Source of the DNA: a virus | IMG/VR virus record: IMGVR_UViG_3300044801_000394 | Coordinates: 5,955 to 69,954 of that record | Reading direction: 5' to 3' (one strand) | DNA length: 64,000 nt | In this document: positions 40,742 to 50,360 of the stretch, piece by piece | Layout of the letters: every line of letters begins with the position of its first letter | Numbering within the stretch: the stretch's first letter is position 1 | The notes under the pieces: model-generated | What the model was told of the DNA's origin: nothing | The model's input: only the letters and a program-made list of their open reading frames with translations | Databases searched by the model: none | Position numbers and translations under genes: made by a program

Positions 40742-43700
40742 ATGGCTGATCTCTCTACCTCTTCTTATAATCAACAGGAGAGGGTCGGAAGAAAAAGATT
40801 CGAATCAGGAATCGAGTTTGAAAAGATTGTCCTCAATCTTGCTCGAACGATTCAGGATCGTTTACTCCAAAATTTACCTAGCAACTATCCTCAGGATCCA
40901 AATACAAATCTGGCTGAGATTTTCAGGGCTATCTCCGAAGAGTTCGCACGGCTTCAATCTTCTATTTCCGATGTAAACGAGGATCAGTATCATGTTAGTA
41001 TTAAAGCAGAGTATCTCTATCAAATCTTGGGGGATACTTTGTTTCTGGACAACAAAGCTATAAACTATAACATCTCCGATGCTGCTTATAGAGATTTCTT
41101 GATAAATGTGAGAAATGCCTACTACGGTGGAAGCCGAAAAGACAACATTGAACAGTCTGTTTCGGATATTTTAGGAATACCTGTAACCATAAAAGAGCTC
41201 TATTTAGACCTCAGAGAAGAAAACACTTCCGTTACAATTAAAGATACTCATAAGATGTTTTGTGACATCCTTATGGACTATGTATCCTCTACCTCTGTAG
41301 GTCTGTTGCTGGAAAATCTCAAATTCTTTTTGGATCTTATCAAACCTGCCCACACCCTATATGACACTCGTTTGATCTGGACAGATACCATACAGACACA
41401 AAATAATGCCTGTACACCAGTTTATGCTGAGACAGGAGCTCTATCCGAGATAATCTATGGCGTAGATAAAATCGACATGGTTACGTCAGTAGACGATAGA
41501 CTATATAGGATCACCGGAGCATATATAGATCCTAAAGAAAGTTGGACAACTGGTATTGTATCTTCCATAGACGAAACAAAAGGAATACTCTATTTAGAAG
41601 ATAAAACTATCCTAGTTTGTACAGATACCTCTAAACTCTATGAAAGAGCGTACGAAGACGCTGGCGTTACTGGTTTCTATACCGCTTCAGATTCAACTAT
41701 CTTGTTGGGATCTCTAAACCCTGGAGACGATATCTTCTATTATGCCACTCAAGATGGCCCAAATTCTTCATCGGTTATAACAAGTGATTGGCTCTACACC
41801 GGGATAGTAGGGTTAACTGCTGGGATCGATACCAGCAATGAAACAATAACTCTGACCTCAGGGCAAATCCTTGTCTACAACAAGGATGTTTTAGTATACA
41901 CAAGGGATAAAAACGGAGAGTATAGAATCTTTGTATCAGGCCTTACTGGAGGACAAGAGATAGCTTTTAGAGGAACAGAGTATTCACAGCTTCTTCAATT
42001 CTACAACGTGCCAGAAGCGGTGAAAGAAAACCCTTATAAACAGTTCGATCCTGAAGTCATGGAAACTCCGTACTTCCAGGGTAACGTTAAAAAAGTCCTA
42101 GAAACACGAGAAGAAGGTCTTACTGGCTTATCCGTAGGACCTCACGTTATAGTTGAAGATGGAATAGTTAAAGTAGTTGATGTAGAGAGTAAATTCTATA
42201 AGAGAGAAAACTCAGTAGCATGTAAACCATTCAAGGTACACAGATACAATCTTTTTATAGATGAAGTATTTAAGGATCAGTTTTCAATAGAAGAACCTGA
42301 TCCAGAGATAACAGAGGATGAAGCTTTACTGGTTTTTGGAAACATGCCAGGAGAGTCTGGATTAGGCCTGACTGGTTTGAATTATAACATAACAATAAAC
42401 GAAACTAGTCAACTAGAGGAGACTTCCGAAGAGCCTACAGTCCAAAGTATAGGTGTAACCGGCCATACAGAAATGTGCGACAGGAAAGCCGAGTGCCAAT
42501 TAGTCCCTTACTATGAGGATACGCGAAAGTACTATGATTTTCCAGACATACAGCTTACCTCTGGTTTCATAACTACAGTTATTCTACCGGTCCCTTATGG
42601 TGTAACAGGACTGGAACTTCCAGCTTATTTCACGATATCTAATGATCCTAATAGCTATGTAATGCCATGTCTTCCTATTTTAAACAGTGATGGAGAACCA
42701 GCAGAACCAGAAGATTTAATAGTCTATATAAATGGATTACAGGTTTTAGACGCCGTAAACAGTGTAAAGCCTTGGACTGGCGAAGTAGATCTTAATTTTT
42801 TACCTCCAGCTAATTCTAAAGTCAGGGTAGACTATTACTATTCAAACAGATATCCTGCCCCACAAACATACATAGAGCATGTAGGTCAGACTTTATCATC
42901 TCAACGTCTACAGTGGCCGTATCCGATAGTCGAGACGGGACTATATGGAAACTCTCAGGATTTCCAAGTAGACAAATATCCAATTTTGAATCAACGAGGT
43001 CAATTAGCGAATCCTTGTGATATAATGACCTCTATAGGAAGTCTCGATGTTACTGGGAACATTATTGGTGTCACAGGCTGTGGGATAACAGGTTTGGATA
43101 AAAGTGTCCTTATATCAGACTCTTCAGTTACGGGAATACACGCAGGGGATACCTTAGTAATAGATGCTGAAAGCTATTTCAATACTACTCTCATATATAC
43201 CACAACAGGAATAATAGGCTATAACTATATAGTACTAAATAAAAATTTTGGAGTACCAATAGATCCTGCAGGATTCCCGTACGAATCAGTTAGCTTTACT
43301 GGTGCCCCTACAGGAACAGTAGAGTGTGTAAGACCTATCCTAGGACATATCCACCTAACAGGAGCTCCAGCCTTAGGATCTTTTGTTAAGTTCGACTATT
43401 ACTACAACGTTTATAACAGGACTTATACCTTTGTCCCTGATGTTGGAGTCACTGGTCCCTACATGAATCAGGGCTATGCCTCTGATACGTTTTATGGAAA
43501 CTACAATGGATTTACCCTAGTACCAGATGAAGGTTTTACTGGATATCAGAATCCTATTTTTGATTACAACCAAGTAGAAAAAATAGGGTACCGTTACAGG
43601 GTTTTCAACCTTTCAAACAGTTCCGTTTTGAATTCAAAAGATACCTTGGTATTAGACGGATATTATAGGAATAGTGGAGAAGCTTCCTGGGCTAATAATC

Positions 43701-45040
43701 ACAACAAGCTTAATCAGTACAATCTTCTGTTCAGCCCAGAGTACCTAACTGATCAGGATCAAAATGTTATTCTAAATGATAAATATTTAGAAAAGAATTT
43801 GGATCCCGTCACTAAACTCTATCCTGGTTCGGTACCTTTCGTAGCAACATTCACCGATGATGGTCGTTTTCGTAATAATACCTACCCAGAGAGTACAAGT
43901 ACTTATATAGAACCTACAGTTACAACACATGATATCTCTGCAGGATTTACGATTGTTGGTGCGGACGATTCTGGGCTAATAGATTATAAACCTATATGTG
44001 AGTACGAGAAGAACAGGAAGATAAAGCTTTACTCGGCTCTTAAAATAGTAGAGCAAGATTTTGAAGGATTCGATGGTCCTCTTTCTACAATATCTGAGGG
44101 ACAGAGGACGATTCCTTTCTCAGTAACGTATATAGATCAATACTACCCAAGCAGAGAATTGAGACTTAATGACTATTTGGATTATATAAATCGTGTCCCT
44201 GAAGAAGGAGCTACCGGTGTTTTGAGGATCATGAGAAACTCAAAGGTAGCTAAAAGGGTAAAGGGGATATGGAGAAATTTAAAAATAGGGGACATGTTCA
44301 ATGTTAATACTTCCCCTTATACTCATTATTATACCGTTATAGAAAGAATCGATAGTGATACTGTTTTATTTAGTACCAATTTTAAGGAAGCTTCTGGAGA
44401 GTATATCTATAATTTGTATCGGGATACTGTTTACCAGACTGATGTGTCTTTAGATGAGGTCACCAGAGAACTAGTTCTCAATGGAATAAGCGATCCTTCC
44501 TATGGTTTGACAGGTTTTCCAGGAAATGGAGACACAGGGATAAATTTTGGTATCCATTTTCCTGACCCAAGTCTTTCTGCACATCCAAGAAGTCCGTACA
44601 ACCCCAACATCACCGGCTTGCCTACTGGTGATAGATTCCTTCTTCTCGTGACAGGTCCCCCTGCCTCAAGTCTAACAGGTCCAAGATATGTACCCCTAAC
44701 TAGGGAAATCATAGATGCTGATGGAAACACTGTGTATTACACCGGCATGCTATCGGGATATACAGGTCCAAGTGGAGCACTAAATTTAGGGTTGACAGGA
44801 CCGACAAGAGACAATAATCCTAGAACGTTAGAAGGTGATGACAAGTATTTCATACCCTCTGGAGACTCTGGGATATTCTGGGCATACAGCGAATCTGAGT
44901 ATCGTGTAAATTGGCGGAACTGGGATCAGGCTATCATGATAATACATGGGTCAAGCGGAATGGCAGGGTTGACAGGTCCAGATAAGCTATGGGTACAAGG
45001 GATAACAGGATCACCAGAATGGGGAATCAAAATAATCTAA
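40742..45040 (+). CDS. Baseplate wedge gpI/gp7-like protein with long GxTG-rich extension
   Basis: 1432 aa. LLQNLPSNY and IKPAHT motifs typical of tail protein I-like wedge subunits; about 34 TG dipeptides by hand count. Confidence 0.7.
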   Translation: MADLSTSSYNQQERVGRKRFESGIEFEKIVLNLARTIQDRLLQNLPSNYPQDPNTNLAEIFRAISEEFARLQSSISDVNEDQYHVSIKAEYLYQILGDTLFLDNKAINYNISDAAYRDFLINVRNAYYGGSRKDNIEQSVSDILGIPVTIKELYLDLREENTSVTIKDTHKMFCDILMDYVSSTSVGLLLENLKFFLDLIKPAHTLYDTRLIWTDTIQTQNNACTPVYAETGALSEIIYGVDKIDMVTSVDDRLYRITGAYIDPKESWTTGIVSSIDETKGILYLEDKTILVCTDTSKLYERAYEDAGVTGFYTASDSTILLGSLNPGDDIFYYATQDGPNSSSVITSDWLYTGIVGLTAGIDTSNETITLTSGQILVYNKDVLVYTRDKNGEYRIFVSGLTGGQEIAFRGTEYSQLLQFYNVPEAVKENPYKQFDPEVMETPYFQGNVKKVLETREEGLTGLSVGPHVIVEDGIVKVVDVESKFYKRENSVACKPFKVHRYNLFIDEVFKDQFSIEEPDPEITEDEALLVFGNMPGESGLGLTGLNYNITINETSQLEETSEEPTVQSIGVTGHTEMCDRKAECQLVPYYEDTRKYYDFPDIQLTSGFITTVILPVPYGVTGLELPAYFTISNDPNSYVMPCLPILNSDGEPAEPEDLIVYINGLQVLDAVNSVKPWTGEVDLNFLPPANSKVRVDYYYSNRYPAPQTYIEHVGQTLSSQRLQWPYPIVETGLYGNSQDFQVDKYPILNQRGQLANPCDIMTSIGSLDVTGNIIGVTGCGITGLDKSVLISDSSVTGIHAGDTLVIDAESYFNTTLIYTTTGIIGYNYIVLNKNFGVPIDPAGFPYESVSFTGAPTGTVECVRPILGHIHLTGAPALGSFVKFDYYYNVYNRTYTFVPDVGVTGPYMNQGYASDTFYGNYNGFTLVPDEGFTGYQNPIFDYNQVEKIGYRYRVFNLSNSSVLNSKDTLVLDGYYRNSGEASWANNHNKLNQYNLLFSPEYLTDQDQNVILNDKYLEKNLDPVTKLYPGSVPFVATFTDDGRFRNNTYPESTSTYIEPTVTTHDISAGFTIVGADDSGLIDYKPICEYEKNRKIKLYSALKIVEQDFEGFDGPLSTISEGQRTIPFSVTYIDQYYPSRELRLNDYLDYINRVPEEGATGVLRIMRNSKVAKRVKGIWRNLKIGDMFNVNTSPYTHYYTVIERIDSDTVLFSTNFKEASGEYIYNLYRDTVYQTDVSLDEVTRELVLNGISDPSYGLTGFPGNGDTGINFGIHFPDPSLSAHPRSPYNPNITGLPTGDRFLLLVTGPPASSLTGPRYVPLTREIIDADGNTVYYTGMLSGYTGPSGALNLGLTGPTRDNNPRTLEGDDKYFIPSGDSGIFWAYSESEYRVNWRNWDQAIMIIHGSSGMAGLTGPDKLWVQGITGSPEWGIKII

Positions 45041-45109
45041 ATAGCTCTAATACTCTCTTAATTTATTTACATATATAGGGGCACTATCAAGTGCTTAAGG
45101 AGCCAAACT

Positions 45110-45685
45110 ATGTTTAAAGAGTTTTTGGAAAAAGGCCTGAAGCAACTTCTTCGGGTGGTTACTGGAATAAAATATGAGGAAGAGACTAAGAAAATGAAGG
45201 GTGAGCTTTTCTTGTTCCTTAGGGAAAAAGGGAAGCTGATCAAGGTCATACACCAGTCTAATATCATAGTCAATACTGCGTCTGTTCTTATAGCCCGTCT
45301 ACTCAAGGACAGTCACGAACCTACTGCAGGTATATCCTATTTGGCTGTAGGAAGCGGTGACGATGCCTGGGACCCTTATGATCCTCCTGCTCCTACGACC
45401 TCACAAACTATGTTAGAAAGTGAATTCTTCAGAAAGAACATATCAATTGCCACGTTTATAGATCCTCAGACAGCAGAGCCCACTGAAAACGATACAAACA
45501 TCGTAGACTATGCCACTACTTTCTCGGAAGCAGAGGCTGTTGGACCAATCATGGAGCTAGCTTTATTTGGTGGGGATGCTGATTCGACATATGGGACTGG
45601 TACAATGGTAAACTGGAGAACATTCCCGGTGATAAACAAGACAAATGCGATGACTTTGACTATTATTTTCAGGATTACGGCTTAA
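45110..45685 (+). CDS. Baseplate/tail-collar fibre-attachment protein
   Basis: 191 aa. ISYLAVGSG, EAVGPIMELALFGG, FPVINKT motifs; AAGGAG RBS. Confidence 0.65.
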   Translation: MFKEFLEKGLKQLLRVVTGIKYEEETKKMKGELFLFLREKGKLIKVIHQSNIIVNTASVLIARLLKDSHEPTAGISYLAVGSGDDAWDPYDPPAPTTSQTMLESEFFRKNISIATFIDPQTAEPTENDTNIVDYATTFSEAEAVGPIMELALFGGDADSTYGTGTMVNWRTFPVINKTNAMTLTIIFRITA

Positions 45686-45694
45686 GGATAATCA

Positions 45695-46672
45695 ATGCGT
45701 CAGCTTATCAAGAGATGTTCCAACATAGGCTCGAATGTTATCGGTTTTATTCGAGTTGGAAGCAATTCCTTGTCACTTATCAGTAAAAATGATGTCGTTA
45801 AAGGCGTCCTTAATGGGTGTGAGATCTTTAAAACAAGTAATCTGAAAGAAGTGAAGAATAATGTTGCATGTGTCATGAGTGATTTGATTCTTGGCATGAA
45901 TGAGAAGGATAAATCCGACTCACTTACAATATATAGGGATCACTGGTCTAGTGAAGAGTACCCAGTTCAAGAAATAGCCGACCAAATCATCGATAGCTTG
46001 AAAAATAACGTAAAGTTGGCCGTAAAAGTTAGAGCAAAAGAGGCAAAAGTAGCTTTTGAGCCCGAACTACACATAAAAGGCAAAATAAATGCTGGGATAC
46101 TTAGCACAAACATGAAAGTCTTGAATCGTAAACTAGCGAGTACGGTATGTGTCCTTCAAAGCGCTTTAAAAAACACTAATATCATAGTAAATCACAGATT
46201 TAAAGCCAAAAACTCAGCTTGGGGATTGAAATCAATACAGAAATTTGTAGATGATGTAAAGGAAACGATAGATGGTAGTGACGCAGAGATAGACAAAACG
46301 GATTTTTACAAGGAAATGTTAGATAGGACCATTGGGAAGCTGGCTTTGAAGCTAGGATCTGAAGTTTGCCTTAACAGTCCTGAAGAAAAAAAGATAATGA
46401 GTCAAGTTCTCATACCGGACATTTTAGATAACTATGAAAAAACCAAGGATCTGACATCAAAAGTCGTCCTAGATATAGTTCCACTTGTTTATATAGGTGA
46501 TGTATTCAAAAAAAATACAAACTATCCAGTAAACTGGTTCATTTCTGACGATATTATCATGAATTTAAACGAAGATTACAAGTTTCTTATTGGTTTTATG
46601 CAGGAGATACCAAGAATAGAGGCAAACGCTATAGTACCTTTGGATATTTTTAAAGATCAACTAATAAAATAA
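45695..46672 (+). CDS. Hypothetical protein
   Basis: 325 aa ORF with AAGGA RBS. Confidence 0.65.
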   Translation: MRQLIKRCSNIGSNVIGFIRVGSNSLSLISKNDVVKGVLNGCEIFKTSNLKEVKNNVACVMSDLILGMNEKDKSDSLTIYRDHWSSEEYPVQEIADQIIDSLKNNVKLAVKVRAKEAKVAFEPELHIKGKINAGILSTNMKVLNRKLASTVCVLQSALKNTNIIVNHRFKAKNSAWGLKSIQKFVDDVKETIDGSDAEIDKTDFYKEMLDRTIGKLALKLGSEVCLNSPEEKKIMSQVLIPDILDNYEKTKDLTSKVVLDIVPLVYIGDVFKKNTNYPVNWFISDDIIMNLNEDYKFLIGFMQEIPRIEANAIVPLDIFKDQLIK

Positions 46673-46684
46673 TTGGGATATAAA

Positions 46685-49600
46685 ATGAGCGACAATCTAG
46701 GTCCCGGACAACCTCGCGTACTGAGTGTAGATGATCGAAGTCTGGACATGGTGGTGTTCCAACAGGGAAGGCCTGCCCTTACCTCTGAGTGGAATCTTAT
46801 TAATCAAATCGGTGACTTCAAAACACAGCAGGGTATACAAACAAACCTACCCTCAGGATGGTTAAAAGTTGGAACCATAGAGGATACAGGGGCTACCACA
46901 ACAGTTTCTGTTGTGAGTGCTGCAGAAGCAGCAGCACGTAGCGGACAGGCTTTGACCTCTCTTACCTACGGTAGTGGCGCTTTTAAATACGTCTGCAGAG
47001 ACCAGACTAATATAGCTGTAGTAAATGGATGGCCAATAATAATCCAGGACTCATCAACTAATCTTCTTGATATTTTAATAACGTTGCCCGCAATTACTGG
47101 AACATATCGTTATGATGTTGTGTTTTTAGAAGTCTGGAAGCAACTTGTCAGTTATGGAGATCCCATATATAATTACGGTAATGTGCAAAGTGGCTTTGTC
47201 CCTGACAATGAAATTTACTGGAATGTTTTGGGCGCAGAAAGCACAAAAAGAGTACAGATACAATATCGAGTAAGCACGGCTTCTAATGTGTCCCCATCTC
47301 AATATTCAGACGGACTCGGTCAAGGATCGGGCATTACATCTTTTATTGGAAATGAAGAGTTTTGGAGTGTAGGACCAAAGGATATAGGTCTATACAGAAC
47401 ACATACCGGTACTTTGAACACAGTTGACGGCTATGTATATGCTATTCCAATGTTTCTAGTTTATAGAAGAGCTCAATTAGGATCCAACATATATTTCTCT
47501 CAAAGTAGCATATCCAGTGGAAATTCATCTTGGACAAGTGCTGTATCGGGGGTGGGATTTGACAGACCTGATAGCAAGTACTCTGATGTGATCTATCCAG
47601 AAGACATTATAGATACTAGGCACCAAATCATAACGTCTGGAAGAGAGTTGGATAGTGCTCTTCAAGAATCCTTCCGAAAATTGGTTTCAGGAGAATTGTC
47701 CACAAAGGTAGCAGATCCTAGCAGTGTATCTTATTCTGGAGGAGCCACAGTTCTTACAGTAGGGCAATTAAACGGGACAGGCCCCTTACCTGTTATAGCT
47801 ACCGCTGCTTCCGCTGGAACGTTTGATTTTAAAAGAAGAGCTTATAGTAATGCAGAGATAGTGTGTGATCACAATATTATTGAGATACCCATCAATAACG
47901 TAACCAGTTGGAATTATGGCGACATATTCTTGTCATCTTTTATAACTCCAGAGATTACTGGAATTGGTGAGATAGTATCTATAGACGGTCTTTATTATGT
48001 AGATACCGTAATTCATTTAGACCCCACTGGAAGGCTTGCAGGAAGTGTAAATAACTGGTCAACTGACGGGACTCCAACAAATCTTCCTACAAAGATAACT
48101 TTATCTGCCCAAACATTTTCTTCTATTAATCCTAGTATTGGAAGTTCTTGTCACGTCTACATGGAGTTTACTTTTAAATACTATGCTAGTAGCGTCGGAT
48201 TCTCAGATGTGCCTAAGAAATTTTATGAAGTAGGAATAACTCCATATCAATCTATAGCCACAAGAGACCAGACTGTTCCAGTTCGTTTCAACAACACTAC
48301 TTTTATTTATGATCAAAGTCATTATCCAAACCAGTTTAGGGATTCTTTGCATTACGATTTTTTAAACTACTGTGGTGGAAACTATACTGAAAACTATGAA
48401 TTTGGTCATGAGTATGTCTATTATGTCATAAAAAGTAGTAACAGTTTTAGTATCACGTGTCCTAGTGGTCTTTTAAATAATTATCCTATCCTTGGTGTAA
48501 AGACAGTTCAATTGTCCTCAGATAGTGGAATATCTTATGGTAATCCGGAAATAATATCTCATGCGGATAGAACGATAAGCGGTCTAGACGTTATTTTCAA
48601 TATAACACTTAGTACGCCCATATCAGCTCCAACACACCTTTTAGTTAAACTCTATACAGGATACGATTTGATATCTGCAGGAATTAGTGGGTATGATCCT
48701 ACAGATCCTAAATCCTTCAAATTTTTCGAACTATCAAAACAGGGTAAGGGCATAATAGACACCTACGAAATGATCCTTGTTGAAAGTTCTGTCAAGGATA
48801 TCAATAACAACTATGTAATTGATATCTCAACTCTAGGTATGCCAATTGTCGCCGTAGCTACTTATACTAGCTACGACAATGTAAACAGTGCAATAACCGG
48901 GCAAGCTTACGCATATGAGGATTCTGGAAACCGTGTAGATGTTTCGATAGTACCAAGCATAGGCTCTCCTTCCTCTGCTGTGAACAGTTTTCTGCCAGTT
49001 CTTTCCATGAGTCCTGGTTATAGTAATAGCGGATTATTACCAACAAGAATTTGGCTCACGTACAACTCTCCAACAAGTAGCACATTATATGTACCTCTTT
49101 TAGTTCATAGCTACGTCATGTCGCCGCATGAGGGTCCTTATACTTTCTACTACAAGACAACTCCTTATCAGGGATTGTTAAGCTCTGATATTGAAAAAGG
49201 AAAAATTGAAAAGGAAGGTTCCGCCGTAATCACCTCAGAGGGCTCTGGGGCAATAGGTAATCTTACAACAAATGTTGGGGGGACTGCCTCCATAACGCAA
49301 GGGCAAAGAAATGTTATTGTTGACAATTTAGGGGCAACATCGTTACTAAACTATATTGATGTGGGAGATTATTTTAATGTTACAGGTTCTCCTTATTACT
49401 ACAGAATATCCAATGTAGCATCTAATTCAATAACTTTGGCAGAATTATTTGTAGAGGGCACAGTAATATCTCAGTCTTATTCCTGTGTACGGTTGGATGT
49501 TTCAAACAGTAATATCTCAAACGTCATAAACAGGATGCCCACGTACAATAACCAAGATGATTATCAGGGAATTGGTACACCAATAGCTTTAGGTGCTGTC

Positions 49601-50020
49601 ACCGCTTCCATAATTAATACAGAAACTAAAAATTCGATGCAGGATCCATTAGATACCATAATAAATGATTTTCAATTAGGAATGAACGACTATAGTGCCA
49701 GAGGAAGGGCAGATTTTGTTTTAACTGACGGAAGGAATAGCTTTATCAAATTAGGAAAGCTAACTCCGAGCATCGTTTACGGAGCCGATCAGGGATGGTT
49801 ACCAGCAAATGGCTATAAAAAAGTCTATCAGGCATATCTCTACAATAAAGCTTATTATGACGGAACTTATTATCGTGATCTAACTGGTAGGGTATATCTG
49901 TTAGTAGTATCCAGTGAAACTAACCAGGATCAACCTGGAATCTTGTTGAATGCTTTTTCTACCAATGATGCTGTTGATATTTTTGAATTGGTTGGAAGAC
50001 CTATTATAAAGACACTCTAA
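46685..50020 (+). CDS. Large tail/fibre-associated protein, paralogue of 25025-29395
   Basis: ATG 46685 preferred over TTG 46673. Shares VNGWPI, VFLEVW, QIQY, AIPMFxVxRR and RPD blocks with 25025-29395. Confidence 0.75.
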   Translation: MSDNLGPGQPRVLSVDDRSLDMVVFQQGRPALTSEWNLINQIGDFKTQQGIQTNLPSGWLKVGTIEDTGATTTVSVVSAAEAAARSGQALTSLTYGSGAFKYVCRDQTNIAVVNGWPIIIQDSSTNLLDILITLPAITGTYRYDVVFLEVWKQLVSYGDPIYNYGNVQSGFVPDNEIYWNVLGAESTKRVQIQYRVSTASNVSPSQYSDGLGQGSGITSFIGNEEFWSVGPKDIGLYRTHTGTLNTVDGYVYAIPMFLVYRRAQLGSNIYFSQSSISSGNSSWTSAVSGVGFDRPDSKYSDVIYPEDIIDTRHQIITSGRELDSALQESFRKLVSGELSTKVADPSSVSYSGGATVLTVGQLNGTGPLPVIATAASAGTFDFKRRAYSNAEIVCDHNIIEIPINNVTSWNYGDIFLSSFITPEITGIGEIVSIDGLYYVDTVIHLDPTGRLAGSVNNWSTDGTPTNLPTKITLSAQTFSSINPSIGSSCHVYMEFTFKYYASSVGFSDVPKKFYEVGITPYQSIATRDQTVPVRFNNTTFIYDQSHYPNQFRDSLHYDFLNYCGGNYTENYEFGHEYVYYVIKSSNSFSITCPSGLLNNYPILGVKTVQLSSDSGISYGNPEIISHADRTISGLDVIFNITLSTPISAPTHLLVKLYTGYDLISAGISGYDPTDPKSFKFFELSKQGKGIIDTYEMILVESSVKDINNNYVIDISTLGMPIVAVATYTSYDNVNSAITGQAYAYEDSGNRVDVSIVPSIGSPSSAVNSFLPVLSMSPGYSNSGLLPTRIWLTYNSPTSSTLYVPLLVHSYVMSPHEGPYTFYYKTTPYQGLLSSDIEKGKIEKEGSAVITSEGSGAIGNLTTNVGGTASITQGQRNVIVDNLGATSLLNYIDVGDYFNVTGSPYYYRISNVASNSITLAELFVEGTVISQSYSCVRLDVSNSNISNVINRMPTYNNQDDYQGIGTPIALGAVTASIINTETKNSMQDPLDTIINDFQLGMNDYSARGRADFVLTDGRNSFIKLGKLTPSIVYGADQGWLPANGYKKVYQAYLYNKAYYDGTYYRDLTGRVYLLVVSSETNQDQPGILLNAFSTNDAVDIFELVGRPIIKTL

Positions 50021-50043
50021 CGTTACTTTAAGAAGGATCTACT

Positions 50044-50358
50044 ATGGCTGGAGAACTTATTAGAACAGCAATTGACATAGCTGCTGGAGAACCAAAGAAA
50101 AACGGTAACGGTAATGGAAAGAGATGGCAGCTAATTAGGGATGTCCTTCTTAGTGGTACGTTCCTGTTTTGCCTGGGTATCCTGTGGCAGACATCAAGTT
50201 TTGTCACGAAGGTAGATGATTTTATGGCTCAGCAAAAAGATGAGTGGATTAAAATAGATGTCAGGGTAAAGCTTGCAGAGAGTGACCTACAGATACTAAA
50301 AGAATGGAAGGTAGCTAGAACACAACAGCCTTTCAACGATAGTAAACAAAAGGACTAA
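50044..50358 (+). CDS. Small single-TM membrane protein (possible holin-like)
   Basis: 104 aa. Hydrophobic VLLSGTFLFCLGILW followed by a coiled-coil-like tail; at the end of the structural module. Confidence 0.5.
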   Translation: MAGELIRTAIDIAAGEPKKNGNGNGKRWQLIRDVLLSGTFLFCLGILWQTSSFVTKVDDFMAQQKDEWIKIDVRVKLAESDLQILKEWKVARTQQPFNDSKQKD

Positions 50359-50360
50359 TA

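Noticed and set aside
248-45685. Chromosomal contractile injection system (eCIS/T6SS) rather than phage
   Set aside because: The module is contiguous with phage-type replication genes and small hypothetical ORFs, with no host housekeeping genes. Capsid and terminase are not in this window, so phage identity remains an inference.
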